Origin: an archaeon
GTDB taxonomy: Archaea > Undinarchaeota > Undinarchaeia > Undinarchaeales > JBDRKL01
Reading direction: 5' to 3'
DNA: 64,000 bases
Assembly: GCA_043814055.1 (NCBI GenBank)
Contig: JBDRKL010000012.1
Span: 8,596 to 72,595 of the forward strand
Within the stretch, counting starts at the first letter, position 1; the number at the start of each line of letters is the position of its first letter. The position numbers were made by a program, and so were the translations under genes. Below are positions 29,379 to 39,027 of the stretch, piece by piece. Under the pieces are notes generated by a model that ran no database searches, was not told the DNA's origin, and saw only the letters and a program-made list of their open reading frames with translations.

Positions 29379-30668
29379 ATGGATAAATTTGAAGCCACCC
29401 GCGGAATGAGGGATTTCCTTCCAGAGGAGATGGAGAAGAGAAGGTATGTTATTGATATTATTAGGACGACCTTCAAGACCTATGGCTTTGGCGAGATTTG
29501 GACTCCTGCGCTTGAGAGCCTTGGGCTGCTAAGCGCAAAGAGTGGAGGCGGGGACGAGATTGCAAAGACAATATTCACGCTCAAGGACCAAGGAGGAAGG
29601 ATGCTCGGGCTCAAGTTTGACCAGACTGTTCCAACCTCAAGGGTTATCGCGAACAACCCGCAGCTTACAAAGCCATTCAAGCGATTCATAATCAGCCCGG
29701 TTTGGAGGTATGAGAGACCGCAAGCAGGGCGATATAGGGAATTCTGGCAGGCGGATGTGGATATTTTCGGCTCGAAAAACCCAGAGGCAGATGTTGAGAC
29801 TGTTGCGTGCACAGCCGCTGTTCTTACTGCGCTTGAGTTTGAGGAGTATGAGATAATCATAAACAACAGAAAACTGCTCAAGGGGCTTGCGATGCAGTTC
29901 GGATTCAAGGAGAACCAGGTTGTGGACCTGCAGAGGTGCATTGACAAGCTGGACAAGAACAGCGAGGGTGAAGTTGTGCGCGAAGCAGCTGAGAAAGGGC
30001 TTGACGAGGACTTGGTAAGGGACTTTATAGCCACGATAAGCATGGAAGGGAAGCCGGAGGATGTTTTGAAAAAGATAAAGCCAAGTTTGAAAGATACACT
30101 TGCGCTGGAAGGGCTTGGCGAACTAGAGGAGTTTATTTCACTTTCAAAGCCGTATGGCATTTATGAGAAGCTCAAGCTGAACTTGAGCATGGTAAGAGGC
30201 TTGGATTATTACACCGGCACGATTTTTGAGTTCAAGGCAACTGACGCCAAGATTGGCTCGTTTATGGGCGGCGGAAGGTTTGACAAGCTTGTTTCAGCTG
30301 CAGGCGGAGAAGCGATTGCAGCCACCGGGCTTTCAATAGGCGTGGACAGGCTTGTTGAAATTTTGAGAACTAAAGAGAAACTCAAGGCAAGCGGCGGGTG
30401 CAGGGTTCTTGTAGGCTATTTCCCTAACTGCAGGGAGAAAGCAATTGAGATTGCGCAGGGATTGAGGAAGGCTGGGGTTGAAACTGATTTTGACACAAAG
30501 CGCAGGAGCGTTTCAAAAGTTCTGGACTATGCGAACGCGAAGAAGATTCCTTACGTGGTTCTTGTTGGAGAGAAAGAGCTGAAGGAGAACAAGGTTGCGC
30601 TTAAGAATATGGAAACAGGAGAGCAGAAGTTGGTTAAGGAGAGCGAGCTGTTAAAAAGTTTAAAGTAG
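29379..30668 (+). CDS. hisS: histidyl-tRNA synthetase (complete, with anticodon-binding domain)
   Basis: 429 aa with class II motif 2 VWRYERPQAGRYREFWQ, the HisRS motifs RGLDYYTG and GGGRFDKL, motif 3 ATGLSIGVDR, and a C-terminal alpha/beta anticodon-binding domain. AGGTGAT SD. Confidence 0.9.
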   Translation: MDKFEATRGMRDFLPEEMEKRRYVIDIIRTTFKTYGFGEIWTPALESLGLLSAKSGGGDEIAKTIFTLKDQGGRMLGLKFDQTVPTSRVIANNPQLTKPFKRFIISPVWRYERPQAGRYREFWQADVDIFGSKNPEADVETVACTAAVLTALEFEEYEIIINNRKLLKGLAMQFGFKENQVVDLQRCIDKLDKNSEGEVVREAAEKGLDEDLVRDFIATISMEGKPEDVLKKIKPSLKDTLALEGLGELEEFISLSKPYGIYEKLKLNLSMVRGLDYYTGTIFEFKATDAKIGSFMGGGRFDKLVSAAGGEAIAATGLSIGVDRLVEILRTKEKLKASGGCRVLVGYFPNCREKAIEIAQGLRKAGVETDFDTKRRSVSKVLDYANAKKIPYVVLVGEKELKENKVALKNMETGEQKLVKESELLKSLK

Positions 30669-30698
30669 TGGGAAAAACATAGGTAATGATTATGGCAA

Positions 30699-30887
30699 GT
30701 GAGTATCTTCACATGGATATGCAAACTGGACACGAAGTCCCGTCTAGTTATACCTTTTAAGGCGCGGAAAGAGCTTGAGATTTCTGATTCTGTTCTTTTG
30801 AAACTTACAGAAGACGGACTAGTTGTTACAAAATCTAATGGAGAAGAGGGAAGGCCAATTTCTAAGATGTGTAGGAGAGTAGAATGA
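30699..30887 (+). CDS. AbrB/SpoVT-type small DNA-binding protein (GTG start)
   Basis: 62 aa with SRLVIPFKARKELEISDSVLLKLTEDGLVV, matching the swapped-hairpin AbrB-type pattern. It lies between hisS and hisG. Confidence 0.45.
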   Translation: MSIFTWICKLDTKSRLVIPFKARKELEISDSVLLKLTEDGLVVTKSNGEEGRPISKMCRRVE

Positions 30888-30935
30888 AAAATTCAGCAGA
30901 GTGTCTTCATTTTAGGAATACCAAATAAGGGGCGT

Positions 30936-31508
30936 TTGAAAGAGCCAGCAGTAGAACTTTTAAAAAAGGCAGGTTTGATTCTTGGCGAGAATGGGAGGTG
31001 CCTGAGCAACAAGGTAGAGGGGGAGAATATTGTTGTGCAGTCTTTCAGGGCAAAGGACATTCCGCTCTATATTGCAGAGGGCGCTGTGGATGTGGGAATT
31101 ACAGGATATGACATTTGGAAAGAGTCCAGATTAGAGCTGAAAGAATTGCTTGACCTGAAATTCGGTTACTGCGACTTGATTTTGGCAGGGGTGGCTGGGA
31201 AAAAAATAAAGAGAGGGGTGAGGGTTGGAACTTCATTTCCCATGCTTACTGCAAATTACTTCGCAAGGCAGGGAATCGCAGCGAGGATTATTGAAGTTTC
31301 AGGCGCAGTTGAGATTCTTCCAAAGTTAGGAATTGCCGATTTTGTAGTTGACTTGACCAGCACGGGCGCCACCTTGAGGGAGAACGGGCTGGTTGTGCTT
31401 GACAAAATTTTGAGCTCTTCAGCAAGATTGCTGTGCAGGCGGATGAAAGAAAAAAACGTAAAATTTGCTGAGCGACTCAGGGAGGTTATTGAAAATGAAA
31501 ATTTATGA
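30936..31508 (+). CDS. hisG: ATP phosphoribosyltransferase, short form (true start probably upstream at a non-canonical codon, 30891-30918)
   Basis: 190 aa from the TTG. The conserved HisG N-terminus ILGIPNKGRL is encoded in-frame just upstream of that TTG. PRPP-binding DLTSTGATLRENGL is present. There is no C-terminal regulatory domain, so this is the short form. Confidence 0.85.
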   Translation: MKEPAVELLKKAGLILGENGRCLSNKVEGENIVVQSFRAKDIPLYIAEGAVDVGITGYDIWKESRLELKELLDLKFGYCDLILAGVAGKKIKRGVRVGTSFPMLTANYFARQGIAARIIEVSGAVEILPKLGIADFVVDLTSTGATLRENGLVVLDKILSSSARLLCRRMKEKNVKFAERLREVIENENL

Positions 31509-32772
31509 GATGGGGGAAGTCCCGAAAACAATAATGATGCGAGCTAAGACTGACGTTGACTCTGTTAAAGAAAGTGTAGGAGAAACAATAAAAAATATCA
31601 GAAAAAATGGGGATACAGCGCTTCGCAAGTATACTGAGAAGTTTGACAGGGTTTTGATAGAGGATTTCAAAACCAGTGAGGACGAGATTAGGGAAGCATA
31701 TGAGGAGATAGATCCGCTTGTTCTTGAAAAAATCAAAGAGCAAATTGAGTATTCAAAAAAGTTCGCGAGCGCAGACAAGAAGAATTTAAAAGAGGAGTGG
31801 AGCGTTCAGCTTGGGGAAGGAATTGAAGGTGGTTTGAAACTTACTCCGATTGAAAGTGTTGGGCTCTACGTGCCAGGCGGGAAAAACCCGTTCCCGACTG
31901 TGATGCAGATTCTTGCGATTCCTGCAAAGATTGCTGGGGTGGAGAAGATTGTTGCGTGCACTCCACCACAGAAAGACGGAAAAATACTAGCAGAGGTTTT
32001 GGTTGCTGCAGATTTGTGCGGCGTGGATGAGGTTTACAAGATGGGCGGGGCGCAGGCAGTTGCTGCTTTTGCTTACGGGACTGAGAGCGTGCCAAAGGTT
32101 TTGAAAGTTGTGGGGCCGGGGAATCCATATGTTACTGCTGCAAAGCTGCTGTGCTTTGGGGAAATTGGGATTGACATGCCAGCAGGACCGAGCGAAGCAT
32201 TGATTATTGCAGATGAAGGCGCAACTCCAAGTTGGCTTGCAGCAGATATCCTTGCAAGGGCAGAGCACGGACCGGATTCTGCCGCTGTGCTTGTAACCTG
32301 GAAAAGGGAAATTGCTGAGAAAACCTTGGAGGAAGTTGGAAGGCAGAAGAAAGAGCGTTCAAGGCAGGAGTATATTGAAACTGCGCTAGAAAAATACTGC
32401 GCGGTTGTTCTTGTCAAGGATTTAAGAGAAGCTGTTGATTTTGCAAACGAATATGCTCCGGAGCACTTGGAGCTACAGGTGGAGAGCCCAAGAGAGATTC
32501 TGCCCTTGATAAATAATGCAGGGTCAGTGTTTCTCGGTTATTACAATCCAGTGGCTGTTGGCGACTACGCAAGCGGCGTGAACCACATATTGCCAACCGG
32601 TCAGTGGGCCAAGATGTTCTCGCCTGTAAGCGTTGAGACATTTATGAAGCGCGTGCAGTTTTCGTATGTGAACAAAACCGGGCTTGAGAAGCTGAAAGGA
32701 ATTGTTGACACGATTGCTGATATTGAAGGTTTGGACGCGCACAGGGAGAGCGTAGATATTAGGCTCCGCTGA
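31495..32772 (+). CDS. hisD: histidinol dehydrogenase
   Basis: Track ORF trimmed to the ATG at 31495 (GGGAGG 10-15 nt upstream). 425 aa with ARAEHGPDSAAVLVT and SVFLGYY..VAVGDYASGVNHILPT. Confidence 0.9.
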   Translation: MKIYEMGEVPKTIMMRAKTDVDSVKESVGETIKNIRKNGDTALRKYTEKFDRVLIEDFKTSEDEIREAYEEIDPLVLEKIKEQIEYSKKFASADKKNLKEEWSVQLGEGIEGGLKLTPIESVGLYVPGGKNPFPTVMQILAIPAKIAGVEKIVACTPPQKDGKILAEVLVAADLCGVDEVYKMGGAQAVAAFAYGTESVPKVLKVVGPGNPYVTAAKLLCFGEIGIDMPAGPSEALIIADEGATPSWLAADILARAEHGPDSAAVLVTWKREIAEKTLEEVGRQKKERSRQEYIETALEKYCAVVLVKDLREAVDFANEYAPEHLELQVESPREILPLINNAGSVFLGYYNPVAVGDYASGVNHILPTGQWAKMFSPVSVETFMKRVQFSYVNKTGLEKLKGIVDTIADIEGLDAHRESVDIRLR

Positions 32773-32801
32773 GAACAGCGGGGTTCGATTGGAGGTGAAA
32801 A

Positions 32802-33407
32802 ATGAAAATTGAGGAAAAAAGGAAGACCAGCGAGTCTGAAATAAAAGTGGTTTTGGAAGATGGTCAGAGAAGAGATATGAAAATTGATACTGGCTTGAAC
32901 TTTTTGAACCACCAAGTGAAGCAGATAGCGTGGCGGCTGTGCATGAACATAGACGCGAGCATAAAGAACACAACTGAGTACAGGAGCACGCACACGATGT
33001 CAGAGGATTTGGGAATAGTGCTAGGCAGGGCTTTGCTCAAGATGTACGAACAGAAAGCAAAAGAAGGTGTGAATGGGTTCGGCGCAGCGTATGGAGTGAT
33101 TGACGAGGCGCGGGCTTTCGCAGCGGTGAGCATAGAAGGCAGGGCAAACTCGTTTGTGGAGATGTGCCCTGAAATTGAGCGGCTTGAACTTGTTGAGGAT
33201 ATGCTGTGCTGGGACTTGGTCGCATTCCTTGAAGGGCTTGCGCAGGGCATGAAAGCAACTGTGCAGGTGAACATTGAGCGTGGCAGAGACCCCCACCACT
33301 CCTGGGAAGCTACGTACAGGGCACTCGGAGAGGCGCTCAAAATAGCACTTCAGAAGAATGAATGGAGGAAAGGCACAATTGCAGGAGTAAAAGGAACACT
33401 AGAATGA
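32802..33407 (+). CDS. hisB: imidazoleglycerol-phosphate dehydratase
   Basis: 201 aa with RGRDPHHSWEATYRALGEAL (the second His-His-x-x-Glu motif) and an upstream TGLNFLNHQ. Confidence 0.8.
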   Translation: MKIEEKRKTSESEIKVVLEDGQRRDMKIDTGLNFLNHQVKQIAWRLCMNIDASIKNTTEYRSTHTMSEDLGIVLGRALLKMYEQKAKEGVNGFGAAYGVIDEARAFAAVSIEGRANSFVEMCPEIERLELVEDMLCWDLVAFLEGLAQGMKATVQVNIERGRDPHHSWEATYRALGEALKIALQKNEWRKGTIAGVKGTLE

Positions 33408-34063
33408 AAGCTGTAATTTTTGACATGGACGGGGTGCTGGTCAAGGAGGACCGGTACTGGAAAGTGGCCAGTGAAGTGGCATTTGACCTAGCGGGGAGAA
33501 GGATTCCTTTTGCTTTCGTTCAAGAGTGCAAAAGCAGGGGAATGAATTCAAACTGGGAAATCTGCTACGAGTTCGTCAAAGGGACTGGGATTGATTATGA
33601 AGGAGTCAAAGAACTTTTTCAGAAAAAGTTGGCAGAATTAAATCCAAAAAATGAGCTTGTAATAAGTAGAGAGGCTTTCCTTGATGTTTTCTTTAGCCTG
33701 AAGCCCTTGTACTCAATGTACATAGCGACCAGCAGACCGAGGAAAGAAGCGCTGGAGGCGGTTGAGCAGACTGTTCTTTCAGAATTTTTCAATGAGGATT
33801 CGGTTTATGGAATGGAAGATGCCGCACCTGAGAAAAATCTGAAAGAAGCCCTGTTCTCCATGGTCAGGGAGAAAAACAAATTAGGGGACTGCATCGTGGT
33901 TGGGGATACTGTTTCAGATGTCCTGGCAGGAAAGCGCCTTGGGTTCATGGCAGTTGGAGTTTATGGCAGTTTGGACAATAGGGCAGACCTTGAAAAAGCC
34001 AGGGCGGATATTTTGGCAGAGAACCTATCGGAGCTTTGGATTTTGTTGGATGGAATCAAATGA
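33404..34063 (+). CDS. HAD-superfamily hydrolase, candidate histidinol-phosphate phosphatase
   Basis: ATGA overlap with the hisB stop. MKAVIFDMDGVLV (HAD motif I) and VVGDTVSDVLAG (motif IV). Its position inside the his operon suggests the missing phosphatase step. Confidence 0.6.
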   Translation: MKAVIFDMDGVLVKEDRYWKVASEVAFDLAGRRIPFAFVQECKSRGMNSNWEICYEFVKGTGIDYEGVKELFQKKLAELNPKNELVISREAFLDVFFSLKPLYSMYIATSRPRKEALEAVEQTVLSEFFNEDSVYGMEDAAPEKNLKEALFSMVREKNKLGDCIVVGDTVSDVLAGKRLGFMAVGVYGSLDNRADLEKARADILAENLSELWILLDGIK

Positions 34064-34731
34064 AAATTTATCCTGCAATTGATTTGCTTGGCGGAAGAGC
34101 AGTGCAATTGGTTGGCGGAGATCCAACTAAGCTTTTGTTTAGCAGGGATGCTCTTGAGCAGGCTGAGAAATTCAAAGAAGTGACCTTGTGGCTGATTGAT
34201 TTGAATTCTGCACTAGGCAATGGATCTAACCTCAAACTTATAAAAAAAATACTCACTAAAAGCCCTGCTTGCGTTGGAGGAGGCATTCGAACCATAGAAA
34301 AAGCCAATGAAATGTTAGAAGCAGGGGCTGAAAAAATAATCATTGGAACAAAAGCAGTTGAAGACCCTGAGTTTTTGAAAAACTTCGATCCAGAAAAGGT
34401 GATAGTTGCACTTGACTGCAAGAAGGGGAAAGTATGCATTGATGCGTGGCAATCTGAGACTGGGCGCGAAGTTGAAGACATTGGAGCAAAATATTACCTT
34501 GTAACAAATATTGATGTTGAGGGACGGCAGGAAGGACTTGACTTTTCTTTTGTTGAGAATGTTTTGGACAAATTGCCTAATGTGATAATTTCTGGCGGAA
34601 TTTCTTCCCCAGAAGATGTTTTTAAAATTAAAAAAATGGGCGCGTACGGTGTCGTTATAGGCAGCGCGCTTTATTCTGGAAAAATAAAACTTGAGGAGGT
34701 TTTAAATGAAAAAAATAATGCCATGCCTTGA
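34060..34731 (+). CDS. hisA: ProFAR isomerase
   Basis: ATGA overlap with the HAD gene. MKIYPAIDLLGGRAVQLVGG, then ...VIISGGISS...GVVIGSALY. Confidence 0.88.
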   Translation: MKIYPAIDLLGGRAVQLVGGDPTKLLFSRDALEQAEKFKEVTLWLIDLNSALGNGSNLKLIKKILTKSPACVGGGIRTIEKANEMLEAGAEKIIIGTKAVEDPEFLKNFDPEKVIVALDCKKGKVCIDAWQSETGREVEDIGAKYYLVTNIDVEGRQEGLDFSFVENVLDKLPNVIISGGISSPEDVFKIKKMGAYGVVIGSALYSGKIKLEEVLNEKNNAMP

Positions 34732-35455
34732 CACTTTTGATGGAAAGCTTGTCAAAGGCGTGAAGTTTGAGATAAACAAAGAATTTGGAGACCCAGTAGA
34801 GTATGCAAAGAAGTATTGTGAAGATGGTGCTGACGAGCTTGCTGTGCTGGACATTAACGCGACTCCTGAAGGGAGAGCTACATTGCTCGAGGTTGTGAAG
34901 AACATTTCAGCAGTGTGCACTGTGCCGCTCACAGTTGGGGGCGGAATACGGAGTGTTGAAGAGATTGAAAAAGTGCTTGATGCAGGCGCTGACAAGGTTT
35001 CAATAAACACCGCTGCTGTGAATCGACCTGAGTTGATTAAAGAAGCTGCTGAAAAATTTGGCTCTGAAAAAATTGTTGTAGCAATTGACTTCACCAAGAA
35101 AGATGGAACTTGGAAAGTGCTTGTTAATGCAGGAAAAACAATTGTTGACAAAGACGTGATTGAATGGGCCAAAGAAGCTGAGGAGTTGGGCGCAGGAACT
35201 TTGCTTCCAACTAGTTTGGATGCTGATGGGACAAAAAAGGGCTTTGATTTAGAGGCAACCCGGCTGATAAAAGAGTCTGTTTCAGTGCCAGTAATCGCAA
35301 GTGGCGGCGCAGGAACTCTTGAGGACATGTACAAAGTGCTGACAGAGGGTAAAGCGGATGTTGCATTGGCAGCAAGTATTTTCCACTACGGAGAATACAC
35401 AGTACGGGATGTCAAGAAGTATCTAAAAGAAAAAGGAGTTGAGGTGAATCTATGA
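34706..35455 (+). CDS. hisF: imidazole glycerol phosphate synthase cyclase subunit
   Basis: 249 aa with [27 protein letters not shown] and VIASGGAG. Confidence 0.92.
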   Translation: MKKIMPCLDTFDGKLVKGVKFEINKEFGDPVEYAKKYCEDGADELAVLDINATPEGRATLLEVVKNISAVCTVPLTVGGGIRSVEEIEKVLDAGADKVSINTAAVNRPELIKEAAEKFGSEKIVVAIDFTKKDGTWKVLVNAGKTIVDKDVIEWAKEAEELGAGTLLPTSLDADGTKKGFDLEATRLIKESVSVPVIASGGAGTLEDMYKVLTEGKADVALAASIFHYGEYTVRDVKKYLKEKGVEVNL

Positions 35456-36009
35456 ATTTGAAACCAGTTATTGCTCAGGACGCCAGCACAAAAGAAGTGC
35501 TTATGCTAGCGTGGGCCAATGAAGAAGCGCTTGAGAAAACAAAGGAAACCGGGTATGCCTGGTATTGGTCAAGAAGCAGAAATAAACTGTGGAAGAAGGG
35601 TGAGAGCTCAGGAAATGTGCAGAAGATTGTTGAGGTTATGGAAGACTGTGACAAGGATGCTCTGCTGTACATTGTTGAGCAGAAAGGAAATGCCTGCCAC
35701 ACTGGGAAATATTCCTGCTTCAAAAAGGAAAAACCATTTACGCTTGAAGTTTTGGAAAAAGTGATTGAGCAGAGGAAGCTGGAGAAACAAGAAGGCAGTT
35801 ATACTGTGAAGCTTTTGGAGGATGAGGAATTGGCGTGTGAGAAAGTTTTGGAAGAGGCAGGAGAAGTTGTGCAGGCGGTGAAGAAAGAGGGAAAACAGAG
35901 AACAATTGAAGAGGCCGCTGACGTGCTGTATCACTTGATGGTTTTGCTCGCTGGGAAAGGTATAAAATGGATAGAGGTTGTTGGGGAATTAAGCAATAGG
36001 TCTAAATAA
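35452..36009 (+). CDS. hisI: bifunctional PR-AMP cyclohydrolase / PR-ATP pyrophosphatase
   Basis: 185 aa. HisI part: [17 protein letters not shown]...CDKDALL...GNACHTG..SCF. HisE part: EEAGEV......[14 protein letters not shown]. Confidence 0.88.
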   Translation: MNLKPVIAQDASTKEVLMLAWANEEALEKTKETGYAWYWSRSRNKLWKKGESSGNVQKIVEVMEDCDKDALLYIVEQKGNACHTGKYSCFKKEKPFTLEVLEKVIEQRKLEKQEGSYTVKLLEDEELACEKVLEEAGEVVQAVKKEGKQRTIEEAADVLYHLMVLLAGKGIKWIEVVGELSNRSK

Positions 36010-37567
36010 ACACCTTAATATCATCATTATACCGCAGGGCTCTTTCAACTATCTTTCCGAGCTTGGTCCTTCTGTTAAGGCGGATTTCAGTGATTCTTCC
36101 TATTTTTGTCTTTAGGAGGAAGTTCTTGCCGGCGTAGAGCGTGACCTCCTTGTTCGCGCACTCATTATCAAGCGTTATTATGTAATCGCTCTTGGTTTGC
36201 TGCACCACGGCTTTTGAGCCCTTTGGCGCGTCACCGGCTGGCATCACGACTGTTTCCTCGCCGAAGGTGTAGATTTCATACTCAAGCCGGCCGGACTCAA
36301 AGTCAAGCACTTCAACAACCGGGCGCGCAAGGTCAGCTTCCATCATCCCTGCAGGAACTTTGACCTTCATTTTGGTCTCGTAGACTGTTTGGATTTTCGC
36401 GTCCTTTATGAAAATTACAGTGTCAACTATGTGCGCGATCTGACCGAGCTCTAATCGCCCAACTAATCTTTGTATCGCGTTAACAGGCTCGCTTGAGTGA
36501 GTGACTCCAACCATTCCGACCCCAGCTAGGCGCATATCCGCGAAGACCGTGAAGTCAGAGCTCTTCCTTAGCTCGTCGTAGATTGTATAGTCAGGCCGGA
36601 CAAGGAGGAGTATGTCAGCGGACTTTGCCATTGAGCCCTCAAGCGGACCGTATTGCGTGATTTCTTTTCCAACCTGAAGATCGCGGGGGCTCTCAAGGGT
36701 TTTAACAATTGTTCCTTTTTCCTGGTAGTGCTCGGCAAGTGCTGCAGCGAATGAGGATTTGCCTGCGCCAGGGGAGCCGCAGATGAATATGCCCTCGGCT
36801 TTCCCGTCCAAGCGCTCGCGAAGCTTGTCTGACATTAAGTATGAGTCCAAGGTTGGTTTTTTGATTGGATGCGCAGCTGTGATTTCCATTACGTTCGTGA
36901 AAGGCGGTTCTGTAATTACGATGCGATAGTTCCCATCCTGCACAACTGTGGCACCGTTCGCGCTTATCTCGGTTGTGCGGGTCGCGCGGGCCTTGTCCAT
37001 TATACCGCGGTAGAGCCCGTCAAGCTCTTCGTCTTTCATTGGCTCCTCGCGGATTGCAGCGAACTCAACCTTGCCTGGCATTCCTTTCTTTGCCATTGGG
37101 GAAAGCCCTGCCTTGAGGTGCACGCTCATTGTCTCCTTGTCAAAGAACTGCTCAATGCCCGGCGCGTCCTTTAGCTTTGTCTCAATGTGCTTGCACTCTA
37201 TGCCGCGGGCTTTTGCCGCGAGGTACATTATGTAATCACCGGTTAGAAGAGTTGCGCCGAGTTTTGTGGCTGCCTCGCGTATCATGCCATCAATTGAGCC
37301 GAAGCGCGCTGCCTTGATTTCCTCAACGCTCGGCCGCTCGCCGTGATAGTTCAAAGTGATTTTGCCTTTCTTCTCAAGCTCCTTGAGCTTGGCGAGCTCC
37401 TCAAGCCCGTCAAAGCCGATTGTGCGTCCTTTGTTCGCCTGGTTCTCCAGCTCGGAAATTACTGATTCAAGAATTATGACTTCGCCATTGAGCTTGCCGG
37501 ACTCAATAAGCTCTGAAATTTTGCCGATTATGATAATGCTTGTGTCCGGCAGAGTCTTCTTATCCAT
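36002..37567 (-). CDS. PIN-domain / PilT-like ATPase fusion protein (COG1855-like)
   Basis: 521 aa with an N-terminal PIN-like region, Walker [13 protein letters not shown], and a C-terminal KH/TRAM-sized extension. Confidence 0.6.
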   Translation of the reverse strand: MDKKTLPDTSIIIIGKISELIESGKLNGEVIILESVISELENQANKGRTIGFDGLEELAKLKELEKKGKITLNYHGERPSVEEIKAARFGSIDGMIREAATKLGATLLTGDYIMYLAAKARGIECKHIETKLKDAPGIEQFFDKETMSVHLKAGLSPMAKKGMPGKVEFAAIREEPMKDEELDGLYRGIMDKARATRTTEISANGATVVQDGNYRIVITEPPFTNVMEITAAHPIKKPTLDSYLMSDKLRERLDGKAEGIFICGSPGAGKSSFAAALAEHYQEKGTIVKTLESPRDLQVGKEITQYGPLEGSMAKSADILLLVRPDYTIYDELRKSSDFTVFADMRLAGVGMVGVTHSSEPVNAIQRLVGRLELGQIAHIVDTVIFIKDAKIQTVYETKMKVKVPAGMMEADLARPVVEVLDFESGRLEYEIYTFGEETVVMPAGDAPKGSKAVVQQTKSDYIITLDNECANKEVTLYAGKNFLLKTKIGRITEIRLNRRTKLGKIVERALRYNDDIKVFI

Positions 37568-37663
37568 ACAAAGCTTTAAAAGACCAGAGTATTAATTTGT
37601 TTCTATGAGACACACACTAAGAAATTGGTTTTGCGTGTTCATCAACATCGGAGGCCGATGTTG

Positions 37664-38140
37664 ATGATTTCAAAAGCGGTTTTTCTCAAACTGAAGCAGG
37701 ACCAGAAAGAGCGCGTGCTCGCAGCGCTTTTTGAGGCAAAGTTCAAGAGCTTCAGCATTTTGAAGGAGAGCGTTGTTATTGATGTTCCAGCCGGCTACAG
37801 CGTTCGCGTTGCGGCTGTGCTTCAGTGCGAGGAGCAGGACGAAATAGTCAAGAGAATTTTCGTTGTTATGGAAGAGTTCAACGACTTCCTGACCACAAAG
37901 GACATTAATGAGATTTACACCCACGTGGACGAGCTTGCCAAGACCGGCGAGTTTGTTCCGGAGCGGGATGATTTCTGGGTTGTGACGAACGAGAAGTGGA
38001 CCTACGAAGCGTATGAATACGCGCGCGGCAAGGTTGCACTAATGGACGCGGACGCGGTTATTGAGGGCATTGAAAAATACTACGACAAGTCGCGAGAGCT
38101 ACGAGATGCTGTGAGGCACTTCGGGCTTGTAAAGGAATAA
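37664..38140 (+). CDS. hypothetical protein
   Basis: GGAGG at 37650-37654 favours the ATG at 37664 (9-nt spacing) over 37658 or the track start at 37625. No recognisable motif. Confidence 0.5.
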   Translation: MISKAVFLKLKQDQKERVLAALFEAKFKSFSILKESVVIDVPAGYSVRVAAVLQCEEQDEIVKRIFVVMEEFNDFLTTKDINEIYTHVDELAKTGEFVPERDDFWVVTNEKWTYEAYEYARGKVALMDADAVIEGIEKYYDKSRELRDAVRHFGLVKE

Positions 38141-38142
38141 AA

Positions 38143-38577
38143 CTAAGAACTCATCTGAGTGTTTTCAGAATTTGGCAGGTTCAGGTTTACCAGGACATCC
38201 TGGAACTCAGGGCCATTGAGTATCAGCTCAACTTCAGTAAGTATGCCAACGAGCTCGGTGCCGTTTACCACAGGGAGCTTTTTTATCTTGTACTCCGCCA
38301 TTAGCTTTGCCGCGTCCTGCAGGGTTGTCTCAGGGGTTGTCACAACGAGGGGTGAGCTCATTATTTCTCCGACTGTTGTCGCATTCGGCTTTTTGTCCTT
38401 CGCGATGACCTTGTACATTAGGTCAGTGCTCGTCACGATGCCGAGCGCCTCTGTTTCACTAACTATTATCACACAGCTGAGCTGGTGCTTTTCCATTTCC
38501 TTGACCGCCTTGACCACGCTGGTTTCCTTCGTGGTGGTGTAAACATTCCTAGACATTACTTCTGCAACTGTTGTCAT
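38143..38577 (-). CDS. CBS-domain pair protein
   Basis: 144 aa with two CBS repeats (VMSRNVYT...GIVTSTDL and IMSSPLVV...GILTEVEL). Confidence 0.8.
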   Translation of the reverse strand: MTTVAEVMSRNVYTTTKETSVVKAVKEMEKHQLSCVIIVSETEALGIVTSTDLMYKVIAKDKKPNATTVGEIMSSPLVVTTPETTLQDAAKLMAEYKIKKLPVVNGTELVGILTEVELILNGPEFQDVLVNLNLPNSENTQMSS

Positions 38578-38600
38578 AAATTCATCTTTGATTTTGGGTT

Positions 38601-39020
38601 TTATATGCTTGCGGGTTCGCGGAGCTTTAGCCCCAGCTTCTGCTCAAGCTTCTTGATGAGCTTGTCGTCCGGAACCATTGAGCCTGACATTAACTTGTTT
38701 ATCACAGATTCTTTCTCGTTGAGCATCTGCGCGAACTCGTCCTTCTTCTTCCCACTTCTATTCCATACGTTGCGGATTAGCTCAGAGTAGTTTTCAACAA
38801 GCTCCAGCTCGCCGGGCTCGTCAGAATATGAAGGTTGGGATTGGGGCTGAGAGAACTTTGGCGCAGAAACGCTTTTAGAAGATTTTGAAACCGGCTGCGG
38901 CACTGAGAACTGAACCTCTTCACCATATCTCACGCAGTCGTCGCAAACGCTGAGAATTGAGCCCTCTGTTTTTATCTTCCTGACTCTTCTAAGTTCCTTG
39001 CCGCAAAGTTCGCAGTCCAT
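38601..39020 (-). CDS. mbf1: archaeal multiprotein bridging factor 1 (zinc ribbon plus cro/C1 HTH)
   Basis: 139 aa with an N-terminal CELCG...CDDC zinc ribbon and a C-terminal HTH KKDEFAQMLNEKESVINKLMSG. Confidence 0.75.
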   Translation of the reverse strand: MDCELCGKELRRVRKIKTEGSILSVCDDCVRYGEEVQFSVPQPVSKSSKSVSAPKFSQPQSQPSYSDEPGELELVENYSELIRNVWNRSGKKKDEFAQMLNEKESVINKLMSGSMVPDDKLIKKLEQKLGLKLREPASI

Positions 39021-39027
39021 TTCTTCC

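Noticed and set aside
28966-29386. ORFs 28966..29274(-) and 28970..29386(+).
   Set aside because: They run through tRNA-His and the repeat modules and are artefacts of the non-coding sequence.
30699-30887. The AbrB/MazE-like ORF as the antitoxin of a toxin-antitoxin pair.
   Set aside because: There is no adjacent toxin-like ORF, and it is flanked by hisS and hisG. A regulator role is more plausible.
36002-37567. The PIN domain as a standalone VapC-type toxin or defence gene.
   Set aside because: The PIN region is fused to a PilT-like ATPase with Walker A in a conserved housekeeping-type architecture, and no antitoxin partner is present.
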